Counted from the first letter of the stretch, positions 1 to 41,846 are shown. The stretch is DNA of 64,000 nt from Salpingoeca rosetta (GCA_033442325.1 JAWQFM010000013.1:1312876-1376875), one strand, 5' to 3'. Notes: generated from the sequence alone by a model not told the origin. A program made the numbers and translations.

Positions 1-355
1 GTTTGTGCATGGGTGTGTTTGTTGCTTGCTTGTTTGTTTGCTTGCTTGCTTGTTTGTTTGTTTGCTTGTACATGTGGGTGTGTGCAAAGACGCTACTGCA
101 TACGCAATGCGCTCATACAAGTGCAAGGTTCTTGCCTGTGTTGCGGCCCCGCTGATGCGCTGAGCCCCGAGCTCCGTCGCGGTTTTCTTTTTGCATCGTT
201 CACAAAAGCCGAATGTTGGCACAAATCAAGAAACACAAGTAGCAGGTCACACAGAGTGACGTGAGCGATTGTGTGAATATAAACTCCACCCACACGCACA
301 CGCACACACACATGCAGCCACGCACGCACATGTACACACAGCGAGTCTGTTATAC

Positions 356-967
356 CTTGAAGTCTTTGAGGACCGTCATGCCGTGTGTGGTAATCTTGTC
401 GCTCAGGTTCTTATGCCCGTTCATGGCATAGTCATGTGCAAAGAACACTTCTCGCTGGATGGTGGTCATGCACACACACACACACATAAGTGCCAGGTGA
501 GCTTCAGAACAGAAATGCCTTGTGCGTGTGTGTGTGTGTGTTTGTGTGATTATGTGTGTGTGTACGTGTGTGTATTTGTGTAAGTCCGGCTTTACAGCAT
601 CGTACTGTGAGCGTGCTTCCTTGTTTGGGCCAAGACCATCTGCTGTTGTGGACATGGGACCCAGCACCGCATCAGCACGTTCATACGTACGTGCTCGGAG
701 AACAACGTCTCCACGACGGCTCCGCCCTTGAGCACGACCACATCCATCTTTGTTCGGCCTGCAGCAATACCACGCACACACACACACACAGCAAAGGCAT
801 GAGCATGCAGAAGCAGCATGTGACACACAGAGACAGGCAAGCTTGAGGGCACTCGTGTTCAAACACACACACACACACACACAGCAAAGGCATGCGCATG
901 CAGAAGTAGCATGTGACACACAGAAACAGGCAAGCTTGAGGGCACTCGTGTTCAAACACACACACAC

Positions 968-1023
<56 letters not shown>

Positions 1024-1064
1024 GAGCCAATGTCCAGTGCTGCCACTATCCTCCGTTGCGCCAT
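356..1064 (-). CDS. Ppx/GppA-family (exopolyphosphatase-like, ASKHA fold) protein, 5' part; remainder probably lies left of the window
   Basis: Exons 1064-1022, 758-691 and 454-356 with GT/AG ends splice in frame to MAQRRIVAALDIGSGRTKMDVVVLKGGAVVETLFSEHREVFFAHDYAMNGHKNLSDKITTHGMTVLKDFK. The N-terminal AALDIGS phosphate-1 motif and the following LS..I...G..VL..F helix are typical of Ppx/GppA. No further exon confidently found in 1-355. Confidence 0.7.
776..975. repeat. Direct tandem duplication (about 95 bp unit) inside intron 1 of the Ppx/GppA-like gene
   Basis: cagcaaaggcatg.gcatgcagaag.agcatgtgacacacaga.acaggcaagcttgagggcactcgtgttcaaac occurs twice, each copy bounded by (CA)n, with about 3 substitutions. 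Confidence 0.85.
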
Positions 1065-1159
1065 TTGTGGTGGTGGTTGTAGAAAAGTCGTGGAAATGTT
1101 CGGATGATTTTCTGGCACCACACACGGACACAACACCAACCGCAGCAGCCAGCACCATC

Positions 1160-13047
<11,888 letters not shown>

Positions 13048-13053
13048 GCCCTC

Positions 13054-13118
<65 letters not shown>

Positions 13119-13429
13119 CTGTCTGTTTTTGTTCAGCACCATCCAATGCAACCCTGGTGTCATCTTTTCCTTTTCATTTCTTCACGTCATCTTCGTCCAT
13201 GCCATCAATGGCTTTGGTTTGCCTCATTTACTCTCTTTCTCTCTGTTAATAACGGACGCTACGAGTACAATACAATTACATGCAGCTACGTGATGTCAAT
13301 CACAATCGACAACCAAGGCAAGGTAACACAAGCAAAGAAACAAAGCACGAAGACAAACGACCAAGCAAACCATGCACACACCTGGACTACTTCAACTACA
13401 AGCTAAACAGAGACACTTGAGAGAAGCCG

Positions 13430-19014
<5,585 letters not shown>

Positions 19015-19308
19015 TCAACAGCACCAGCCAGCGAAAAGAAGGGGAAAGCGACCAGATTTCGGTGGTGAAACGCTTGTCCTCGTCTCGATATGCGGTGGTG
19101 GTGGTGGTGGTGGTGACGGGGAGGTGATGGAGTGCGTCAGGGATGGAGTGGGTGTGTGTGGTTGGGGGAACACGGGTTGGTTGGTGTGCTGCCTGCAAGC
19201 AAGCAGAAAGCGCGATCGAGGAGGAGGAGGAGGAGAGATTGAGTCCTTCTGCAGCAAGGCTCGATTGTAGAATTATAACCGAAGACATTCACCAAAAGTC
19301 ACCGTACC

Positions 19309-19315
19309 TGACAAC
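19309..19315 (-). promoter_or_regulatory. Candidate RFX (X-box half-site) element upstream of calaxin
   Basis: TGACAAC (reverse complement GTTGTCA) about 64 bp upstream of the ATG of a ciliary gene. It is only a 7-mer and could occur by chance. Confidence 0.3.
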
Positions 19316-19378
19316 CAAGAGGAAGGCGGAAGCAAAAGGCAAAAAGGTGGAAGCAGACGAACGAGCACAACCAGCACG

Positions 19379-21005
19379 ATGGCCGCGCGCACGGAGAAGC
19401 AGAAGGAGATGGAGGCGCTCTCCAAGGCAACTCACTGTGAGTGAGAGTGTGAGAGAGTGAGTGCTGGTGTGTGAGAGAGTAAGTGTGTGAGTGTGTGGGC
19501 GTGAGAGAGTAAGTGTGTGAGTGTGTGGGCGTGAGAGAGTAAGTGTGTTGGTGTGTGAGTGAGTGTTGTGTGTGTGTGTGCGTGACTGACTGAGTGAGTG
19601 TGAGTGAGTGAGTGTGGGTGTGAGTGAGTATGGGTGTGAGTGAGTGTGGGTGTGAGAGAGTGTGTGAGTGTTGTGTGTTTCGCCGTCTCGTTACCACCCA
19701 CACCACCTCACCACAATGACACACACACACGCGCGCGCACACACCTTGGTGCCGTTAGTTTCTGAGGAGGAGGTACAACGACTCATCAACTTCTTTGAGA
19801 CAGTCGCATCAAACGGCAAGGTTAGCTCACTCATACACCCTATGTGTGTGTGGTTGACTCCCTGTGCAATTGTCGACTTGCCCTTACTTGTGCACCTGTG
19901 CGCTCGTCTCGCATCCACTCCCGTTCACGCTCACCCTATCCGCAATGGTGCAGCTTGATCGCAATGCTTTCCGGGATGTTCTTCACGAGCACTTTAACCT
20001 CACAGAGGCCTCCATGATGGACCGCTGTGAGTTCAATCAATGCAATTGAAGTGCCACAAATTGTGTATGTGTGTGTGTGTGAGTGTGAACTGCTTGGGCT
20101 CCAGGCACAGCTGTTTCTGCCAATCATGCGAATGTCGTTGCTTCTTGCATTTGCCGTTGCTAGTGTTCCGCGCGTTCACCAACAGTGCGGAGAGCACGAT
20201 CAACAAGCACGACTGGGTCATGGGCATGTCCTTGCTGCTGCGCGGCACCCTCGACGAACAAATTGACTGTGCGTACCTGTGTTTGTGTGGTGCATGAACG
20301 TACGTGTGTGTATGTGTGTGCATGTGCGTGCGTGTGTGCGTGTGTGTATGTGCGTGTGCATGTGCGTGCGTGTGTGTGCGTGTGTGTGTATGTGTGTGTG
20401 TATGTGTGTATGTGTGCGTGTTTGCTAGTGCCTTTGAATCTGTGTGTCAACGTTGGTTTTCTTGGTGCGTGCATGTGTGATGCTGTCATTCGAATGTCTC
20501 ATCGCATGGCCTGTCATATGCCGCATGCATTCCACTGCAGTCGTGTACCGCGTGTACACCAACAGCGCTGAGGACTATGCAACAAAACCCATCAGCCGTG
20601 ACACCATGTTTTTCCTCCTCAAGAACACCATGGTCAAGGTGGGCCTTGATGCTCGCCTTGCAGTGTGCGCGTGTGTATGTGTGTGCGTGTGTGTGTGTGT
20701 GTGTGGGTGTGCGTTTGATGGGTGAGCAGAGCTGCTTCATGCATCGTGTGCGCACCGCACTCTGTACGATACTGCACCTTTCCAATTGTCACGTTCCGCC
20801 CCCATCCACATCCACGTACGTACGTTATGCTCACTGCCACCACCACCACCACCGCCACCACCACCACCACCATCGCCATCACCAGATCCAGAACGAGGAG
20901 GAGCGCGATGAAGGAATCAAGGAACTCGTCGACCTTGTTCTCAAGAAGATGGTGCGTCATGGGGGCTCTTGCCAGAAACGCAGAGGCTCAGACTGAGAGA
21001 CACTG

Positions 21006-21065
<60 letters not shown>

Positions 21066-21636
21066 CGTGTGTGTGTGTGTGATTGTCCTTGCTCGTCTAC
21101 CCTCACTCCCCCTTCACTCCCCTCCCCTCTCCACAACTCAATCCCGCACCCTCCGTAACCCCCAACCAACCAACCAACCTGCAATCGCTCACCCTTGCGC
21201 ATGGGTGCCCCTCCCCCACGTGCCAGGATGTTGATCATGACGGCAAGCTGTCGCTGCAGGATTATCGCGAGTCGGTGATGAAGGATCCGCTTCTCCTTGA
21301 AGCCCTTGGCGACTGCTTGCCAAACGAAGGGGTACGTGTACGCCTGTGTGAAGTTCACAGAGTGCATGGTGATAAGTCATGCATGTACGCCCATGTGTGT
21401 GTTCATGTCATGCATGTATACATACATTTGTGCACGTTCAACTGCAGTTGTTGTACGCAGACCCTTCGTCGACGTGAACCAGGCATGGGTAGCGTCCAGT
21501 TGACTGTTCCCTCTGCAGTGCACACCCTTTCCTTCTCCTCACACACAACGCACACATGCACACACACATGCACACACGTACACAGAGCGTACGCACATTT
21601 ATGCAGGTTGTCATGAACACAGAGCCGCCCCTGTAA
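19379..21636 (+). CDS. EFCAB1: Calaxin / EF-hand calcium-binding domain protein 1 (outer dynein arm-associated NCS-type Ca2+ sensor)
   Basis: Eight exons: [19 protein letters not shown] / [13 protein letters not shown] / [24 protein letters not shown] / [23 protein letters not shown] / [21 protein letters not shown] / [19 protein letters not shown] / [32 protein letters not shown] / ..EPPL*. Closely matches the calaxin signature. Confidence 0.88.
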
Positions 21637-22025
21637 CCGAGGAGCCCAAGTCAAACTTGCCAACACACCACCACGACGCAGCCCCAGCGCGCCTCGCTTG
21701 CCTCGACCTGGCCGTGTTGAAGAAGGGGTGTTGTCGAAACCAAACACCTCCCGTATGTGTGTCACTTCACATCACGCTGTGGTTGGGTATTCCTCTTACG
21801 TTGTTTTGTGCACGCTTCTCGTTCTGGTTCAAGGTGGTTCATTGATTGTACACATCGTGCGTGCGGGTCTGAATAAACACAGTGAGACATAATGTAATGT
21901 GTAACTCGGGAACAAGCGGCATTTGTACATGATATGCACAGAGGGAAAGAGTGTGTGCATCTGTGTGACGTGAACACAGAACATGCAATCGCTCGACAAT
22001 AACTGCTCGAACACGTGCGTTGCCG

Positions 22026-24007
<1,982 letters not shown>

Positions 24008-24076
24008 TGATTGTTGTTTTTGTTGGGGGTTTTCCAAGCGAGGCGTGACAATGATCAATGGCAAGCACATTAAGGG

Positions 24077-24111
<35 letters not shown>

Positions 24112-24339
24112 TGACGTAGACACCGCAAAGCTGTCACTCGGGCACCGCTCATTGATCGTCACAGTTATACATTGGGGGGAAGGATAGTTACACTGGCATA
24201 GTGGGTTTATTGCGGGGCCCAAGGGCTCGGCATGACGTGCACAAGAAGCAGAATCAACTCACAACAAGCGCACGTGGCACGCGTCGACACGAGGACAACA
24301 GCAAAAGAGGCAACAAGGTGGCAATGACCAACGAGGCGC

Positions 24340-25677
<1,338 letters not shown>

Positions 25678-25980
25678 TCACATCAGTTCGCTGCGTTTGC
25701 TCTTCTTTGGTTTTTGTTTGGCGTTTGCTTTGGCGCTCTCGCCGCTTTTTCGCCATGGCGTGACACGTCACAGTTGGACTGATTGGGTGGTGCGTGGTGG
25801 ATAGCATGCAGCGACACAAAGCGCACAGCACACGTGTGCCAATGCGCTCAATTCGTTTCGTCAGGTTTCCTGTTTAGGAAAGCCGCACGTCGAGGTGAGG
25901 CGAGGATGGCGTGTGGCAAAGGCCGTTTTGCCATTTTGCTTTGCCAACAGCGCATCTCGCCTGGAAACACCACAAAAAGT

Positions 25981-26304
25981 ATGGCCGATAACGGGAAGTC
26001 CGGCAGCAGCAGCGCCAAGCGCAAGCACGCTGATCGCGATGCTGGCAGCGGACGAGGACAAGGTGGTGGGGAACGAGGACAAGGTGGCAACCGAGGTGGC
26101 AGACGAGGTGCAGGGCAGTTTGGCAAGCGACCAAAGCGCAAGGTGTGTGCATGTGTGTGTGTGTGCATGTGTGCATGTGTGTGCATGTGTGTGTGTGTGT
26201 GNNNNNNNNNNNNNNNNNNNNNNNNNNNNNNNNNNNNNNNNNNNNNNNNNNNNNNNNNNNNNNNNNNNNNNNNNNNNNNNNNNNNNNNNNNNNNNNNNNN
26301 NGTG

Positions 26305-26362
<58 letters not shown>

Positions 26363-27600
26363 TGCGCGCGCGCACGTGTGTGCGTGTGGGTGGGTGTACA
26401 TGCACGTGGTGTTGATTCATTCACATCACTTCACTCCCGTACACACGCGCATGCGCACCTCCCCCCCCCCCACCCCCCACCACACACACACGCACGCACG
26501 CACACACGCACACACGAGCACGCGCGCTTTCTCTGTGTCTCTCACACACGCTTGCACACTCACGCACGCACTCGTCTGCCCCCCCCCCTCATTCCTAGCG
26601 CCAGGAGCTGCGATCGGGCCTTGTTGGATTCCTGATGACCACACAAAACATCCGAGATGATCGCCGCTGCATTAACGAGTGCTACAGCCTTCTTAACAAG
26701 GCATGTCCTGCGTGCAACATGGCCTGTGTGCTTCCTCATCTTGTGTACAGTGCACAGTATGCTGTTCACTTGCCTCGTGTTACATCTATTTTGTGCTGCC
26801 TGCCATGCGGCGTGTAGTGCGCTGCTGCCTTTCGTGCAATCACAGCCGCAACGTGCGTCTCACGTCATGCCCAAGATCGCCCCTGCTGCCCATGCATCCA
26901 ACAGGCTGAGGAAGAGCTGAGACAAGACAACGACGATGGCCACGAGACCAAGGACGCTGCATCCACTGCAGGCCAGTCCATCGAGGACTTGCTGCAGCAG
27001 GTATGTTGCGAGAAGACGCGCTCAACGCATCCGCAACAAGCACCCGACTGGCAGTGTTTCTCTATTTCTCCTGTGAACCACCCATGCTGGACACCCAATC
27101 ACTTTTCCAGCTAACGCTCACACGCGTGCTTGCCCACACGTGCCACAAACACGCTCCTTTCGGGTAGGAGATCGACGAGCTCTCAAAACCAGATGCCATG
27201 AGCCGTGCTTCCAGCTTTAACGAAGCAGATGTCGGCTGCAAGGTGCACGCCTGCGTTTGTGTGTGTGTGTGTGTGTGTGCACGTGTGTGTGTGTGTGTGT
27301 GTGTGCACGTGTGTGTGTGTGTGCACGTGTGTGTGTGTGTGTGTGCGTGTGCGTGTGCGTTGTGGTGGTACTCGTGTATCCTCTGGGTGTGCCGGACCCG
27401 TGCACACTTTCACTTCAAAGTTCTGTGCTCACTTTTATGCGCACGTGGATGGTTGCTCTTCACAGGGGATGATGTTTATCGTATCTGATTCGCCAGTCGA
27501 GTGCCGAGCGCTCAGTGATGCCATTTACAACAAGGCCATCGCCACCTCAGGTGGCATTTGCAGGTGTGTGTGTGTGTCTGTGTCTGTGTGTGTCTGCGTG

Positions 27601-27642
<42 letters not shown>

Positions 27643-27708
27643 GTTGTTGTAGTGTGTGTTGTGGTAGTGGTGGTGGTGGTGGTTGCGCTGTTTGTGTTTT
27701 TGTGTGTT

Positions 27709-27756
<48 letters not shown>

Positions 27757-28334
27757 TGTGTGTGACATGCGTGTTTGCTTCCCTAACTCGACATTACCCC
27801 GCTTGCTGCCCTTGCTGCATCGCGTGATTGTTGCCTTCTTGACATGTGCCCCATGATATTCACGCACCCGCACACGTGCGCGAGTGTGTTCAGGTTCATT
27901 CAACGATTCCTCCCCGTGCAAATCACGTGTCGCGCAGCGCCTGACGTAAGCTACGAACAGTTGAGCTGAGCTTAACCACTTACTTCCCCGTCCCGCTTCC
28001 ACACGTGCGCACGCTTGTGTCTCTCACACAAATACATGTGTCTTTCCCTCCGCTCTCGACCACCTGCTCGCTTGTTCGTGTGCACTGCCAGGTGATTGCC
28101 AAAACGGTGCGACAGCTGCTTGAGCACTCTCCGCTGAGCGCATCGTCTCCCCAAACAACGGTATGTTCGAATCAGTGAACCTGACGCGGTCACAGCTGTC
28201 TGTCTCTATTGTCGCTCGCCATCGATTTGCATGCGCTACTGCAAGCTCCAACACGTTTTCACGCACGAGCGCGCTCCTGGCGTGTGGCAACGGTCACAAA
28301 CTCAAACATAACACCTTCACATGCATACACGCAC

Positions 28335-28366
<32 letters not shown>

Positions 28367-28970
28367 TTACACACACACACACACTCGCTCGCTCGCCCAT
28401 TTGTGCACTGGTGTAGTTCAAGGTGCACTTCAAATCAAGGTACAACAGTACCCTCAAACGCGACACTGCCATCTCGGAAATTGGACAGATGCTGCTCGAC
28501 ACAGCACCACAACACAAAGCAGGTAATCCAAACACACACACACACAACGGCATGCGCATACACTCACATACACTCGCATACATCACACACACACGTGTTG
28601 GCGGCCCCGTCCTGTCACAAATCAAGGCTGTTTTCGCGCCCAAATACCCCCTCCCTTCACTCACACACGGACACACGCGCACTTGCTCCGATAGACATGA
28701 AGAACCCGGCAGTGGTGATATCTTTGGAAGTGATTAAGGTGCGAGTCGCTGCGCTTGTCGGTGCATCTGTTGCTGCTGCATCTGCTGCTGCTGCGTTGTA
28801 CCATCTTGCATTTCCCTTGACTGCCTGTTAGCTCGTGCTCACTTGCTTTGCCTTGTGGTTGCCTCGATCTCCAAAAGTACACGCGTACTCACACACACAA
28901 ACACACGCACACACACCACACACTCACACAACACACACACACAACACCCCCCCCCCACACACACACACAC

Positions 28971-29022
<52 letters not shown>

Positions 29023-29269
29023 CGCAACGCCACCACAGAACGTGTGCTGTGTGAGCGTGCTGGAGAACTTTATGGCACGATCGCGGTACAACTTGAGCGA
29101 AACAAGCCGCAAAGCGGAGGACAAGCGCCACGCTGCTGAAGACCAACCCCCAGCGAATCTGCCAAGCAAAGAGAAGGGTGAGCAAGCAGGCGTTCCTGAC
29201 GATGACACGGACAACACCGGCGACAACGCTGGCGGCAAAAGGATATCACCGACAACGACAGCCGCTTAG
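25981..29269 (+). CDS. THUMPD1: THUMP domain-containing protein 1 (Tan1 homologue, tRNA ac4C adaptor)
   Basis: Spliced [97 protein letters not shown]; stop 29267-29269. Confidence 0.88.
26202..26301. other. Assembly gap (100 N) inside a (GT)n tract of THUMPD1 intron 1
   Basis: Run of 100 n flanked by GT repeats. Confidence 0.99.
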
Positions 29270-29515
29270 GCCCAACACCAAGCCTATCGCCTGTGCTCTT
29301 GTCCGTGTAGGGGTGTGGGAGTGTGGGAGTGGGTGGGCTTGTGCATTTGTACTTGACATACACAATACACCTGCTGATTGGACACGACAATGACATGTGA
29401 ACCCCAGTCCAAACGCCACAAATGCACTCATCACACCGCTGCGCACATCACACACACACATCACACACACACACACACACATCACACACACATCACACAC
29501 ACACACACACACACA

Positions 29516-29553
<38 letters not shown>

Positions 29554-30618
29554 CACATCATACTGCCTGAGTCAGCAGTTTTTCGGTTCGAAAGATTTGT
29601 TGGAAAAATTCTACACGCCCCGCCCCTTCAACCCCTCTGTCTGCTTTGTTTTGGTGAGAATAAAGTGCGGTATTTTCCCACTCACTTTTGCACTCACCTC
29701 GCTGCGTGTTTGCATTCACACGTCGACACAACAACCACAACAAAAGGTTTGTGCACTGCGTTGTGTGTGAGAGAGAGAGAGAAAGAGAGAGGTAAGGACG
29801 AGGGGTGAAGGTGGTGAAGGAAGGTGGGGGAACAACAACAAACCAACACATACACAACCCCGCCCTCTTCCACAAACCAGTCTCATCGTCGCGTCCGACA
29901 CAACACAACACCCAAACCACAGCAAAGCGCCTTGCTTCTTCTCGTCCTCTCGAGACACGCAGACCCCCACAACAACAACAAGCAGGTGAGAAGGATTGCC
30001 GCCATCGAGTGAAAGGGATGGCCTCAGTAACCATGTGGTCGATGATGTTGTTTGGTTGTTTGGTTGTTGTTGGTGTTGTTGTTGTTGTTGTCGTCGTCGT
30101 CGTCGTCAAAGTGTGCGCCCTTCCAGCCTGATGTGAGCTGAGATGGTGCTTCCTCGTGCACACAAACACATGCACACCCAACCCAACTGTTTAGTTGACT
30201 CGAGCTGCCAACTTGATGTTTCAGCTTTTCTCTGTCTTTCTCTCTTTCTTTGGTCGGTGATGGCTTTGTCCTAGTGACATGCCACTGCCGCCGTGCCACC
30301 TTCGCCTTCTGTAATTGTATGAACTCTGTCGACATTCCTTTTTGCCTCTGTGCGTGTGTGCGTGTGTTTCCCTTCCCATTCCCACAAACAAAGCATCTCC
30401 CACACCCAACAACCCTCCTCCCCTCCCAACTGCACAATTACCCCACGCTCGCCTCATTTTCCCATCATCAACACAGTGTCATCCATCCACTGCTTTGGAC
30501 ATTGCACAGCCTCATCTCGCTCAACCACACACATTATAACCACTACGCCACGACCACTGCACGACACACACACACACACACACCTTGTTCACGCACCCAC
30601 CCATCCATTTCCGCAGAA

Positions 30619-32112
30619 ATGGCTCTTCCCGTCCACCCTGGTGACAGCCTCCCTTGGGCTCTTGGCTTCCGTGATGTCAACGGCAAGTACTTGACCGTGG
30701 AGAACTTTGGCCACCGCCTCAACATCAACGGCGGCTCCATGAAGACCAAGCAGATCTTCCAGATTGAGCAGGACGAGGGCGCCGGCTCCAAGGTGTTCAT
30801 CCGCACCCCGCACGGCCGCTACCTCACCGCCAAGCCCGACGGCACCTGGGCTGCGGATGCCGAGACCCGCGGCACCAACGAGGAGTTTGAGATTGAGGTG
30901 CAGCCCGATGGCCGCTGGGCCCTCAAGAGCGCCCATGGCTACTACTGCGGCGGCGCTGGCGAGAAGATCGACGCCTTCACCAAGGAGGTTGCCGAGGACC
31001 GCCTCTTCATCGTCAACCTGGCCATGCACCCCCAGGTCTGCATCTGGAACGTCAACCGCAAGACCTACCTCCACCTCGAGGGCGAGGTCATCAACGCTGA
31101 TGAGCCCATCCCATGGGGCGCCGACGCCACCATCACCCTCACCTTCTTTGACAGCACGGGCAAGTACGGTCTCCAGGCCTGCGACGGCCGCTTCCTCAAG
31201 AGCGACGGCACCCTCACCACCGTCGACACCGACCCCACCATCCAGTACACCCTCGACATGTTCGGCGGACAGATGGCCTTCCGCGCCTCCAACAACATGT
31301 ACCTCACCTGCCTCGGCGGCAAGGGCACCTGCCGCGCCACCAAGCAGGGCCCTCCCGGCAAGGACGAGCTCTTCGTCCTCGAGGACTCCCACCCCCAGAT
31401 CAAGATGACCTCCTGGCAGGGCAAGAAGGTCTCCGTCCGCTCCAGCGTCGAGGCCACCGCCAACCAGACCGACACCACAGATGCCGAGCGCTTCCAGATT
31501 GAGATTGACGACAGCGGCAAGTGGAACATCCGCACCAACAAGAACACCTTCTGGTACACCTCCGAGGACGGCACCATCATGACCGACGGCGCCAGCAAGA
31601 ACGCTGCCAACTCCAAGTTCACCATCGAGTGGCTCAACGACAGCATCGCCCTCAAGGCCAGCAGCGGCAAGTTTGTCTCCGTCAAGAAGAACGGCGGCCT
31701 CGTCGCCAAGGACGCCGACATCGCCGCCGAGTCCACCTTCGTGTACGAGCTCATCAACCGGCCCCTCCTCGTCCTCCGCGGCCAGCACGGCTTCATCGCC
31801 ACCACGGACAAGTCCAAGCAGCTCATGTCCACCAGCGCCAAGGCCTTCACCTACAACATGCACGTCAAGGCCGGTGTGTGCCACATCAGCGACCCCACCA
31901 AGGACTTCTGGAACGTCGCCTCCGACGCCTCCGCCGTCACCGTCGATGGCAAGCAGCCCACCAAGTTCTTCCTCGAGTTTGTTGGCCTCTCCAAGATCGC
32001 CCTCAAGCACATGTCCGAGGATGGCTCCAGCGCCTACCTGCGCTCCCACCAGAACGGCTCCGTCACTGTCGATGGCGACAAGGTCGATGCCTCCACCACC
32101 TTTGAGTTCTGA
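30619..32112 (+). CDS. FSCN: Fascin (four beta-trefoil actin-bundling protein, 497 aa, intronless CDS)
   Basis: GKYLTVENFGHRLNINGGSMKTKQIF, LAMHPQV, PGKDELFVLEDSHPQ, KKVSVR..V.ATANQ, LINRPLLVLRGQHGFI are fascin signatures. A probable 5'UTR intron runs from about 29986 to 30616 (AG immediately before aaATG). Confidence 0.95.
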   Translation: MALPVHPGDSLPWALGFRDVNGKYLTVENFGHRLNINGGSMKTKQIFQIEQDEGAGSKVFIRTPHGRYLTAKPDGTWAADAETRGTNEEFEIEVQPDGRWALKSAHGYYCGGAGEKIDAFTKEVAEDRLFIVNLAMHPQVCIWNVNRKTYLHLEGEVINADEPIPWGADATITLTFFDSTGKYGLQACDGRFLKSDGTLTTVDTDPTIQYTLDMFGGQMAFRASNNMYLTCLGGKGTCRATKQGPPGKDELFVLEDSHPQIKMTSWQGKKVSVRSSVEATANQTDTTDAERFQIEIDDSGKWNIRTNKNTFWYTSEDGTIMTDGASKNAANSKFTIEWLNDSIALKASSGKFVSVKKNGGLVAKDADIAAESTFVYELINRPLLVLRGQHGFIATTDKSKQLMSTSAKAFTYNMHVKAGVCHISDPTKDFWNVASDASAVTVDGKQPTKFFLEFVGLSKIALKHMSEDGSSAYLRSHQNGSVTVDGDKVDASTTFEF

Positions 32113-32827
32113 GTGCGCTAGCTTGCGCCGTCGGTGTCGGCTCATCCCTTGAGACCCTGCCTGTCCTGACTCCCCTCCGCCCAAGCTTCATGCCACCAGT
32201 TTCCATTTCGAATTTCCCTCTTTGACCGACGTATCCGTGGCTGCAGAGGCCGTGCGCTTATTGTATGTATGACCGTCTGTTGCCGCTGTCGGTTCACCTC
32301 GTTTTTGCTTTTCTCTTTCCCATCCTCGTCCAAGCACCTTTCCTTTGCTCCTCTTTGCTTCGTGTATCATGGGCCCTTCCACTTCCTCTTCCTCTTCTTC
32401 CGCGCGTGGTCGTCTGCCGTCGCTGGCTTATCACGTTTGCACATGTTCGTGTGTATGCGCGCGTACCTGTGCGTTTCTGCGTGTGTGCGTGTTTGTGTTC
32501 GTAACACCGTTATGAGTATGCTGTTGCTTGGTTGTCTCGTTTCAAATTGTGTCCCAAGCATGACGCTGGGCTAACAAGAGGTGTGTGTCCGAGCAAACAA
32601 ACCCCAGCTTGTCAACAAAACCCCAAATACACCAGGGCAACCCTCCCTGTTTGGCCAGAACAGATCGTTCAGTGTGCTCACGTGTTCAAGTGGTGCGATG
32701 TTCCGTTTATCGCGTCATCACGGCCAACAAAACGAAAAAAGACACAGGAACAAACAAACAAGGGGGCGGGGGAGTGCGTGTGTGCAATGCAAACACACAA
32801 GCAAATGATGGCGTGGCACAAGCACAA

Positions 32828-36574
<3,747 letters not shown>

Positions 36575-37439
36575 GGTGTGTATGTGTGTGTGTCGACGCT
36601 TGTTCGTTTGGTTGTTTGTTTGGTTGGTTCGTTGTGTTTGTGCAACTTGTGTGGCTGGTGCTGCTTCTCGAAGCGAATCACAGTCAGTTTTCTTCACTTG
36701 GCCTTGATGACAGCTGTTATCGCTCTCCGTGGTGTCAAGCCGTGCCTTCTCACCGTCCTTTGACCCTGCGTCAAGCACTCGCTCCACCTGTCTGCCGCTT
36801 GGTGTGCTCTCTGGCCGGCTGTCGCAGCAATCGCAAAGCCGTTTCTTCTGTCTTTTGGTCGTTGTCGTCTGTTTTCTTGCTTGCCACACAAATGCGGTGT
36901 AGGGAATTTTCGATCGTGTCTTTCGTTAATTTTCGTGCCTGACAGTTTGGTGGCGTTGCATTCGAGAGCAGCGAAAAACCAAAACAACACACACACCACA
37001 CACACCACCCCATACACAACAACCGCCGCCGTGTGAGAGTGAACAGGCTCACAGCTTCAGCACAAACACCAGCACCAAGCGAGCAGAGATACAGCGAAGG
37101 TGCTCGCCTCTGTCTTCCCTTCTTGTGTCACATCACTCACTTACCCCTCCCCCCTCGTCAAAGAAACCGGGCACGCACACAAAAGTGTCAAGAGTGATCA
37201 GTTCATTCCGTGGTTCGAACGAGAGCCAGAACAAGAAACAACGTCAACGGTGAGTTGTTGTGATCCTCCATGTAACTGCCAAGCGTGCCAAGTGGGCCAA
37301 GCAAGCCAAGTGGGCCAAGCAAGCCAAGCGAACCAAGCGAGCCAAGAGTGAGATTCGCATTGCACTTCCTCATGAATCAACTCTGCCCTTGGCTCGTGGT
37401 GGCTTTGAATGTTGGGCATTGTAGCAGAGACCAAACATC

Positions 37440-41846
<4,407 letters not shown>

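Noticed and set aside
30250-30618. 123-aa N-terminal extension of fascin
   Set aside because: Region has intron character (CA/pyrimidine-rich) and ends in a cag acceptor just before aaATG.
30589-32184. 531-aa - strand ORF antisense to fascin
   Set aside because: Same codon-bias shadow effect; composition (V/G/D/E/L-rich) is typical of antisense frames.
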